Of a DNA stretch of 26,923 bases, positions 7,956-14,847 are shown one piece after another. A program made the position numbers and the translations under genes. This DNA is from a virus (taxonomy: Duplodnaviria; Caudoviricetes), in the IMG/VR virus record IMGVR_UViG_3300032321_000401, positions 1 through 26,923 of that record; one strand, written 5' to 3'. Under the pieces are notes generated by a model that worked only from the letters and a program-made list of their open reading frames with translations, had not been told where the DNA came from and did no database searches. Every line of letters begins with the position of its first letter. Position 1 is the stretch's first letter.

Positions 7956-8096
7956 TTAAAATTGTGTAAGTAATAACGCAATTACAAGGGCGTCATTTTT
8001 AGATTGCAAGGCGCTTACAATTAGATCATTTTCAAGCGCCAATTCAGGCGCAACACATAATTGCTCGCATTTTGCTACAAATTCGTTTTGAGTCAT
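7956..8096 (-). CDS. 46 aa first gene of the early operon (MTQNEFVAKCEQLCVAPELALEND...)
   Basis: Hand-translated; GAAAGG RBS about 40 nt downstream of the promoter. Confidence 0.8.
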   Translation of the reverse strand: MTQNEFVAKCEQLCVAPELALENDLIVSALQSKNDALVIALLLTQF

Positions 8097-8142
8097 TTTG
8101 TTTGCCTTTCGTTTAATTTAGTGAATTAGGTACTACAAATAC

Positions 8143-8171
8143 AGTGTAACAAAGCTTGTTACAGATGTCAA
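8143..8171 (-). promoter_or_regulatory. Sigma70-type early promoter TTGACA-N17-TACACT
   Basis: Plus strand TGTCAA at 8166-8171 and AGTGTA at 8143-8148; 17-bp spacer; AT-rich UP-like region at 8172-8205. Confidence 0.88.
8145..8163. promoter_or_regulatory. Palindromic operator TGTAACAA-AGC-TTGTTACA
   Basis: Perfect 8-bp inverted repeat with 3-bp spacer covering the promoter spacer and part of the -10. Confidence 0.75.
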
Positions 8172-8215
8172 CAACTATTTTCAAATAATTACAAATAATT
8201 TGTTTGTACCCAAAA

Positions 8216-8592
8216 TGCGGACTAATTGCGGACAAGTTTGCGGACAATGCAAAAATGAATTAGAGGCTTAGTAGGCTTGCAAGTGGATAATATGGACTAT
8301 TTTAATTACCTTATTCTATAAAAATATCTAAATAAGAATGATTATCAGTTAGCCGTCAACTGCTAGCGGTTAAAAATGACTTGTCCACTTGTCCATCTTG
8401 TCCACGTTTGCCCATGCTTTTTGTCCCCGCTTTTTTCCTTGCGCAAGACGCCCGCATGCTACATGGATAATGTGAGCAATTAAAAACTAATAGCCCATGT
8501 TGTCCATGTATTGTGCGCTCTCTGCCTGCCTGCTATCAACTAAAATCCCCTTGTCCACTTTGTCCATCTTGTCCATGCGGTCAGACGCCCGC
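8216..8592. repeat. Array of TTGTCCA-type repeats in both orientations (candidate origin or terminus)
   Basis: Reverse copies near 8216, 8227, 8239, 8283, 8292, 8463; forward copies at 8381, 8389, 8398, 8408, 8421, 8491, 8500, 8551, 8560, 8569; AT-rich core at about 8297-8345. Confidence 0.85.
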
Positions 8593-8614
8593 CAGCAAAA
8601 AACAAAAATCTTCG

Positions 8615-8652
8615 AGCAGGGGGGGGGTAGGGCCAGACGGACAGGGCCTGCT
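8615..8652 (+). other. G-rich tract (G9) flanked by AGCAGG/CCTGCT inverted repeat
   Basis: G9 at 8619-8627, further GGG runs at 8630-8632 and 8644-8646. Confidence 0.6.
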
Positions 8653-8697
8653 GTGGCGGAGGCTTTACAAGAAAAATTTTTTATTTTTCAAAATTCA

Positions 8698-8706
8698 TGC
8701 TACCAT
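8698..8706 (+). promoter_or_regulatory. Extended -10 promoter TGcTACCAT for the terminase operon
   Basis: TGnTAnnAT ending 6 nt before ATG 8713; A/T tracts upstream; no SD sequence. Confidence 0.5.
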
Positions 8707-8712
8707 TTCAAA

Positions 8713-9192
8713 ATGTTTGATAACTTTCAATCTTTTCCTTACGAGGCACGCAAGCTCGAAGCTACTGAGGCGAGATTGCAACGCATATACGATGCTGCCA
8801 AGTTAGGACTCAAAGGCGACGCATTAGCATTAGCAGCAGGCATGATGCCTACCGAATACCGACAACTCACCCAATTAGACCCAATTGCGGAAATGGCAGA
8901 ACTCAAAGGCAAAGCCGACGGCGAGTACACCGCATCTAAGCAGTTGCACCAAGCCGCTGCCGATGGCGACGCTAAAGCCGCACTTGCAATTTTGCAAAAT
9001 GTCCACGGCTGGGTAGCTAAACAGCAACTGTCTATAGACGTTGAGCAACGCATCTCCATTACAGCAGCACTTGAGCAAGCACAATCCCGTGTCATCGAAG
9101 GTGTGTTCAAGCAAGTGGAAGACGCAACAGACGCAACAGACGCAACAGAAGTGTTCCACGTGAAACCTCAACTCAAACAAAAGGTGGCATAA
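8713..9192 (+). CDS. terS: Terminase small subunit (putative); start re-called at 8713
   Basis: First late gene; HTH-like segment (DALALAAGMMPTEYRQL), helical core, AAxxxLxNxxGW motif. The 8497 start runs through the repeat array and is unlikely. Confidence 0.75.
   Translation: MFDNFQSFPYEARKLEATEARLQRIYDAAKLGLKGDALALAAGMMPTEYRQLTQLDPIAEMAELKGKADGEYTASKQLHQAAADGDAKAALAILQNVHGWVAKQQLSIDVEQRISITAALEQAQSRVIEGVFKQVEDATDATDATEVFHVKPQLKQKVA
9121..9147 (+). repeat. Tandem 9-bp repeat (GACGCAACA)x3 encoding DATDATDAT
   Basis: Read directly from the sequence. Confidence 0.9.
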
Positions 9193-9746
9193 TGGCAGAC
9201 AATAAACTATACAACGTCAACGCGCTCAATAAGTTGTTGTCTAATGACGATGAATATGGGCTATCAGGTTTAAGTGGTAAAGAGCTGCGCAACGCGTTAA
9301 TGATTCGTGAAATGATGGGGCCAGAAACTAGATCAACGGATTTGAATGTTGCGCCTTATGGCGGCGAGCAACAGTTCTTGCCATCCGCTAGTGCGCCATT
9401 ACGTCGCAACCCCAACGTAGATGTAAACTTCTTCAGCCCGCCGTCACAGTTTGATGAGCAAGGTCAACCAAGAATGTTGGGTCAAGCGCCGATGAATATG
9501 CCCCGTGCATTAATGGGTCAACTGCAAGGCAGCACACAACTTGGTCAAGGAATGGCACGTGTTGGCGCGTCGGGTATAGCAGTACAGATGCCTGACGGAT
9601 CAATCAAGTATATGCCAGGAATGTACGACGTTGGATACGGCACACCGTTCTTAGGCGGTAGGTTAGATGTGTCAGGTAACGCAAGCGCGCAAACAGTACC
9701 TCGTCGTATGTACGGCGTAAATTTAAAATATAACAAAGAGTTTTAA
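9192..9746 (+). CDS. Hypothetical protein with amphipathic beta-strand C-terminus ending YGVNLKYNKEF
   Basis: 184 aa; TAATG coupling to both terS and terL; AAGGTGG RBS. Confidence 0.85.
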   Translation: MADNKLYNVNALNKLLSNDDEYGLSGLSGKELRNALMIREMMGPETRSTDLNVAPYGGEQQFLPSASAPLRRNPNVDVNFFSPPSQFDEQGQPRMLGQAPMNMPRALMGQLQGSTQLGQGMARVGASGIAVQMPDGSIKYMPGMYDVGYGTPFLGGRLDVSGNASAQTVPRRMYGVNLKYNKEF

Positions 9747-11272
9747 TGCAAACAACTGTCTACTCCGCAAGCGACGAACAAGAGTTAATGTCCCGTCTGT
9801 GGAGTCCAAGCATCAAGGACAATCCGTTGGCGTTTGTGATGTATTGTTACCCGTGGGGTGAAAAGGGTACGCCACTTGAGAATTTTACAGGCCCACGCAA
9901 ATGGCAACGTGAGATCCTCTTGGATATCGCCGAGCATATTAAGCAGAACCAAGGCAAGGTGGACTTTGATGTTATGCGCGAAGCGGTGGCTTCTGGTCGT
10001 GGTATCGGTAAGTCGGCGTTAGTCTCATGGTTAGAACATTGGATGTTGTCCACACGGATTGGTGCAACCATCATCGTGTCGGCTAACTCCGAGTCGCAGC
10101 TCAGGTCAGTCACATGGGCGGAGATAACTAAGTGGCTCAGTATGTCAATTAACAGCCATTGGTTCGAGGTGTCAGCTACACGAGTCATGCCTGCTAAATG
10201 GCTGACCGAGTTAGTTGAACGAGATCTTAAGAAAGGTACGCGGTATTGGGGAGTTGAAGGGCGACTTTGGTCGGCTGAGAATCCTGACGCATACGCGGGG
10301 GTTCACAACTATGACGGGGTGATGGTCATCTTTGACGAAGCGTCAGGTATTGATGATTCCATCTGGTCGGTGACATCAGGGTTCTTTACAGAGAATACGC
10401 CACATAGATTTTGGTTAGCGTTTAGTAACCCACGGCGTAATAGCGGGTACTTCTACGAGGCGTTCCATTCCAAACGTGAGTTTTGGAAGAATCGCAACAT
10501 TGACGCCCGTCAGGTTGAAGGCACCGACAAGAACGTATATGAGCAGATTATTGATGAATATGGTTCTGATTCAGTACAAGCGCATGTTGAAGTGTACGGT
10601 ATGTTCCCCAACGCATCGGATGATCAGTTCATTAGTGTGAATGTGGTTGAAGAAGCCATGCAACGGGAGAAGTACAAAGACAACACCGCGCCCATCATCA
10701 TTGGGGTTGACCCTGCACGATTTGGCTCGGACTCGACGGTAATTGCCGTCAGACAAGGACGAGACGTGATTGCCATCAAGCGGCACAAGGGCGATGACAC
10801 CATGGAAACGGTTGGGCGGGTGATTGAAGCAATCGAAGAATATCGACCTGCGCTTGTGAACATCGACGAAGGCGGTCTGGGCGCGGGTGTGGTGGATCGG
10901 CTTAAAGAGCAACGGTACAAGATTAAGGGTGTCAACTTTGGCAACAAGGCGAAGAACGGCATGATGTATGGTAACAAGCGGGCGGAGATGTGGGGGGATA
11001 TGCGCGAATGGCTCAAGTCAGCCGCTATTCCGTCAGATAAGTATTTGAAAAGTGATTTAATCTCGCCCATGATGAAGCCTGATAGTAAGGGCAGTATTTT
11101 CTTGGAATCTAAGAAAGACATGCGCTCAAGAGGGTTAGCTTCACCTGACGCAGCCGACGCAATTGCATTAACTTTTGCATTTCCTGTTGCACACAGAGAA
11201 TATACAGGTATAATCAAAAAACAAAGCTATCAAAATCAAGGCGCAGTTTCTAATTCTTGGATGGGGTCTTAA
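9746..11272 (+). CDS. terL: Terminase large subunit
   Basis: Walker A ASGRGIGKS, Walker B VIFDEA, coupling motif SNP, RNase H-like nuclease GVDPARFGSD...SPDAADA. Confidence 0.96.
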   Translation: MQTTVYSASDEQELMSRLWSPSIKDNPLAFVMYCYPWGEKGTPLENFTGPRKWQREILLDIAEHIKQNQGKVDFDVMREAVASGRGIGKSALVSWLEHWMLSTRIGATIIVSANSESQLRSVTWAEITKWLSMSINSHWFEVSATRVMPAKWLTELVERDLKKGTRYWGVEGRLWSAENPDAYAGVHNYDGVMVIFDEASGIDDSIWSVTSGFFTENTPHRFWLAFSNPRRNSGYFYEAFHSKREFWKNRNIDARQVEGTDKNVYEQIIDEYGSDSVQAHVEVYGMFPNASDDQFISVNVVEEAMQREKYKDNTAPIIIGVDPARFGSDSTVIAVRQGRDVIAIKRHKGDDTMETVGRVIEAIEEYRPALVNIDEGGLGAGVVDRLKEQRYKIKGVNFGNKAKNGMMYGNKRAEMWGDMREWLKSAAIPSDKYLKSDLISPMMKPDSKGSIFLESKKDMRSRGLASPDAADAIALTFAFPVAHREYTGIIKKQSYQNQGAVSNSWMGS

Positions 11273-11547
11273 TGGCAACTAAACACGACAAACCAATACC
11301 ACGCACAACCACAGGTAAAGGCAAGAACTATAACGCTACCGATAAGGGCGCGGGAATGACTGCCAAAGGTCGTGCCGAGTACAATGCAAAGAACAATAGT
11401 AATTTAAAAGCACCAGCACCAAATCCGAAAACAAAAGCCGATGCTGGTAGAAAAGCATCGTTTTGTGCTAGGATGACTGGAGTTGTTAAACACGCTAAAG
11501 GCGACGCGCCGCGCGCCAAAGCATCACTCAAGAATTGGAACTGCTAA
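11272..11547 (+). CDS. Basic 91 aa protein, DUF6321-like
   Basis: GMTAKGR...NLKAP...RKASFCARM...SLKNWNC; start at the TAATG overlap with terL rather than 11257. Confidence 0.8.
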   Translation: MATKHDKPIPRTTTGKGKNYNATDKGAGMTAKGRAEYNAKNNSNLKAPAPNPKTKADAGRKASFCARMTGVVKHAKGDAPRAKASLKNWNC

Positions 11548-11712
11548 ATGGCTACTAAACCTGGACTTTATGCCAACATTCATGCTAAACAGGCTAGGAT
11601 AGCCGCAGGCTCTGGCGAGCGTATGAGAAAAGTCGGCGCTAAAGGCGCGCCAACAGCTAAAGACTTTAAAGATTCAGCTAAAACTGCTAAACCTGCTAAG
11701 AAAGGCAAATAA
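11548..11712 (+). CDS. Basic Lys/Ala-rich 54 aa protein (MATKPGLYANIHAKQARIAAGSGERMRKVG...)
   Basis: Hand-translated; abuts the previous stop codon. Confidence 0.85.
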   Translation: MATKPGLYANIHAKQARIAAGSGERMRKVGAKGAPTAKDFKDSAKTAKPAKKGK

Positions 11713-11714
11713 TC

Positions 11715-11867
11715 ATGCCATTGAAAAAGTCAGCAAGTAAAGAAGCGTTCCGTTCTAATGTGAAAGCGGAAATTAATGCGGGACGTCCTGTCAAGCAGGC
11801 TGTGGCGATTGCGTATGCAACCAAGCGCGCAGCATCGTCTAAAACACCAAGCAAAATGAAAAAATAA
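11715..11867 (+). CDS. Basic 50 aa protein (MPLKKSASKEAFRSNVKAE...KQAVAIAY...)
   Basis: Hand-translated; AAAGG RBS; TAATG overlap with portal. Confidence 0.85.
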   Translation: MPLKKSASKEAFRSNVKAEINAGRPVKQAVAIAYATKRAASSKTPSKMKK

Positions 11868-14164
11868 TGGCATACGACCAATCATCCATGAATATTGTCG
11901 CTAAAGTAGCGGACAATGGAAGTAACCCAACAACGCAGGAAGACCCAAAAGATACGCTATCGACTATGCGGTCACGGTTTACCATGGCGATGTCGGCATA
12001 TAGTGAGTCAAGAGAAGACGAACTTGATGACCTTCGATTTATGGCTGGTTCTCCAGATAATCAATGGCAATGGCCTGCTGACGTATTGGCAACTCGGGGA
12101 TCTGTTCAAGGACAGACCATCAACGCAAGACCTTGCCTTACTATTAACAAGCTACCCCAACACGTTCACCAAGTAACTAACGAGCAACGTCAGAATCGAC
12201 CCTCTGGGAAAGTAATTCCTGCGGATGATAAAGGCGATGTTGAAGTAGCAGAAATATTTGATGGTATGGTACGCCATATTGAGTACATATCCGACGCTGA
12301 TGTAGCATACGATACTGCGTGCGAAAACCAAGTCACCTACGGTGAAGGTTACATTCGCATCTTAACTGAATATTGTAACGACGAGTCTTTTGATCAAGAC
12401 TTACGCATTGGTCGTATCCGTAACGCGTTTAGTGTTTACATGGATCCAATGATTCAAGACCCGTGCGGGTCTGATGCTGAGTTTTGTTTCATTACTGAAG
12501 ATTTACAAAAAGATGAGTACGAAAGAGAATTTCCTGACGCTGCGCCAATCACATCCATGATTGCGCAAGGTGTGGGCGACTCGTCACTCAGCCAATGGAT
12601 AGATGAAGATACAGTCCGTATTGCCGAGTATTTTTACTACAAGCACATACCTACAAAACTTAATCTTTACCCAGGCAATATGAGTCATTTTGATGGCTCA
12701 CCTGAAGATAGACAGATGAAAATGATGGGCTTAAAGCCAATCAAGAGTCGAATAGTCGATGTCAAAAAAGTCATGTGGATGAAAACCAACGGCTTTGAAG
12801 TATTAGAAGAACGTGAATGGGCAGGCAAATGGATTCCTGTCGTTCGTGTTGTTGGTAACGAATTTGAAGTGGATGGTCGTATTTATGTGTCGGGCTTGGT
12901 TAGAAACGCTAAAGATGCACAGCGTATGTATAACTATTGGGTATCGCAAGAAGCAGAAATGCTTGCTTTGGCGCCCAAAGCACCGTTTATCGGATACGGC
13001 GGTCAATTTGAAGGCTACGAACAGAATTGGAAAACAGCTAACACGACCAATTGGCCGTATTTAGAAGTTAACCCAGATGTTACCGATGGTATGGGCGGCG
13101 CTTTACCATTACCGCAACGCGCCCAACCGCCAATGGCTTCAAGTGGTTTATTGCAAGCTAAAGCAGGCGCTTCCGATGATATCAAGTCCACAACTGGACA
13201 GTATGACTCGAGCTTAGGTGCCACAAGCAACGAACGCTCGGGGAAAGCTATTCTTGCACGCGAAAAACAAGGTGATACAGGTACGTATCACTATGTTGAT
13301 AATTTATCCCGTGCTATTCGCCATATTACCCGTCAATTAGTCGATATGATTCCTAAAATTTACGATACTGAGCGGATTGCTCGTATTGTAGGTATTGACG
13401 GTGAAGTTGATATGGTTAAAATTAATCCAACACAGCCTGAAGCCGTCAAAAAGATTGTTGATGAGCAGGGAATTGTAATGGAGAAGGTTTATAACCCAAG
13501 TGTCGGTACTTACGACGTTTGTGTTACTACTGGCCCAAGTTACATGACCAAACGTCAAGAGGCTTTGGACGCTATGAGTCAGTTATTGCAAGGAAACCCA
13601 CAACTTTGGTCAGTTGCAGGCGACTTATTCATCAAAAATATGGATTGGCCTGGCGCTGAAGAAATGTCCAAGCGGTTTGCCAAAACAATTGACCCAAAAT
13701 TGTTGTCTGATGACGATAAATCTCCTGAATTACAGGCTGCTGAACAGCAAATTCAAGCAATGGGTCAGGAAATGGAACAAATGCACAGTATGTTGCAAAA
13801 TGTTAGCAAATCCATTGAAATGCAAGAACTTGAACGTAAAGATTTTGAAGCTCAAATTAAGATGTTTGATGCTGAAACTAAGCGAATTAGTGCTGTTCAA
13901 GCATCTATGTCGCCCGATCAGATACATGATATTGTGATGGGAACCCTTCACGCAGCAATTGATACAGGCGACATTATTGCTGGCACTCAACAAGATATGC
14001 GCATGAATATGCAAGAAGACGAGCAACAACAAATGCAACAAATGCAACAACAAATGCCTCAAGAACAGATGCCCCCAGAACAAATGCCAATGCAGGGGCA
14101 AGAGCAAGCACCAATGCAAGGCCAAGAACAAATGCCAATGGCACCACCTGAAGGGATGCAATAA
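11867..14164 (+). CDS. P22-like portal protein
   Basis: 765 aa; QWP, RPCLTINK, GLVRNAKDAQRMYN, SGKAILAR, GTYDVCVTTGPSYMTKRQE motifs; C-terminal coiled coil and Q/M/P tail. Confidence 0.94.
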   Translation: MAYDQSSMNIVAKVADNGSNPTTQEDPKDTLSTMRSRFTMAMSAYSESREDELDDLRFMAGSPDNQWQWPADVLATRGSVQGQTINARPCLTINKLPQHVHQVTNEQRQNRPSGKVIPADDKGDVEVAEIFDGMVRHIEYISDADVAYDTACENQVTYGEGYIRILTEYCNDESFDQDLRIGRIRNAFSVYMDPMIQDPCGSDAEFCFITEDLQKDEYEREFPDAAPITSMIAQGVGDSSLSQWIDEDTVRIAEYFYYKHIPTKLNLYPGNMSHFDGSPEDRQMKMMGLKPIKSRIVDVKKVMWMKTNGFEVLEEREWAGKWIPVVRVVGNEFEVDGRIYVSGLVRNAKDAQRMYNYWVSQEAEMLALAPKAPFIGYGGQFEGYEQNWKTANTTNWPYLEVNPDVTDGMGGALPLPQRAQPPMASSGLLQAKAGASDDIKSTTGQYDSSLGATSNERSGKAILAREKQGDTGTYHYVDNLSRAIRHITRQLVDMIPKIYDTERIARIVGIDGEVDMVKINPTQPEAVKKIVDEQGIVMEKVYNPSVGTYDVCVTTGPSYMTKRQEALDAMSQLLQGNPQLWSVAGDLFIKNMDWPGAEEMSKRFAKTIDPKLLSDDDKSPELQAAEQQIQAMGQEMEQMHSMLQNVSKSIEMQELERKDFEAQIKMFDAETKRISAVQASMSPDQIHDIVMGTLHAAIDTGDIIAGTQQDMRMNMQEDEQQQMQQMQQQMPQEQMPPEQMPMQGQEQAPMQGQEQMPMAPPEGMQ
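14021..14161 (+). repeat. Q/M/P low-complexity portal tail including a 24-bp tandem duplication
   Basis: CCAATGCAGGGGCAAGAGCAAGCA (14087-14110) and CCAATGCAAGGCCAAGAACAAATG (14111-14134). Confidence 0.8.
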
Positions 14165-14526
14165 TGAAAGCATGTGATTTTGTCGGAATTTTATTTTTAG
14201 CTCGAGATGTAACCCATTCGGTACATTTAAACACCCGCAGCTACGCCAAACATAAGGCTTTGCAAAAATTTTACGAGAGTATTATTGATAATGCAGACGA
14301 TTTCGCCGAGGCATATCAGGGACGGCACGGTTTAATAGGCCCAATTAGTTTAATGTCAGCCAAAAAAACAGGAAATGTCGTTGAATTTTTAGAATCACAA
14401 CTTGCAGAAATTGAAGACGCACGTTATGATGTAGTAGATAAAACGGATACCTCGTTACAACAAATTATTGATAATATTGTTCAGTTATATTTATCAACAT
14501 TATATAAACTTAAATTTTTATCGTAA
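14164..14526 (+). CDS. Ferritin/Dps-like four-helix protein (DUF5856-like)
   Basis: HSVHLN...H...FYE...D..AEAYQG spacing resembles the Dps signature; ends YKLKFL. Confidence 0.72.
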   Translation: MKACDFVGILFLARDVTHSVHLNTRSYAKHKALQKFYESIIDNADDFAEAYQGRHGLIGPISLMSAKKTGNVVEFLESQLAEIEDARYDVVDKTDTSLQQIIDNIVQLYLSTLYKLKFLS

Positions 14527-14535
14527 AGGCTTACC

Positions 14536-14814
14536 ATGTCAAATTACACCTATATTACCGCCACCGCACAAATTAAAACTAGCGCTGGCAAATTAAAAGG
14601 TATCTTTGTTAGTAGTGCAACTACTACGCCAACGATTACAATTTATGATACGTTTAATGCTACTACATCGGGTACTACTTTAATCGGCGTTTTTACTCCC
14701 GCAGCTGCTACATCTTATTTGTTAGGTATGGGCGGCGATGGCGGTATGTATTTTAATAAAGGCCTTTACATTGTGATTAGCGGTACAGTAACTGCAACCG
14801 TAGTGTACGAATAA
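14536..14814 (+). CDS. Small beta-rich putative virion protein, 92 aa
   Basis: ORF track; Thr/Gly-rich; AAAGG RBS. Confidence 0.75.
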   Translation: MSNYTYITATAQIKTSAGKLKGIFVSSATTTPTITIYDTFNATTSGTTLIGVFTPAAATSYLLGMGGDGGMYFNKGLYIVISGTVTATVVYE

Positions 14815-14847
14815 ATAGCTTTCAACAACGGTATATTGGAATAGACA

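Noticed and set aside
8216-8592. CRISPR or mini-array interpretation of the repeats
   Set aside because: Units are 7-12 bp, in both orientations, without unique 25-40 bp spacers.
8497-8712. 72-codon N-terminal extension of terS in the ORF track
   Set aside because: Crosses the repeat array and G-tract, has no RBS, and a promoter-like element points to ATG 8713.
9121-9147. (GACGCAACA)x3 as a phase-variation switch
   Set aside because: A 9-bp unit preserves the frame and lies in a likely disordered tail.
10571-11217. Antisense ORFs in terL (and similar ones at 4631-5158 and 13730-14173)
   Set aside because: Shadow frames of well-supported genes with no recognisable motifs.
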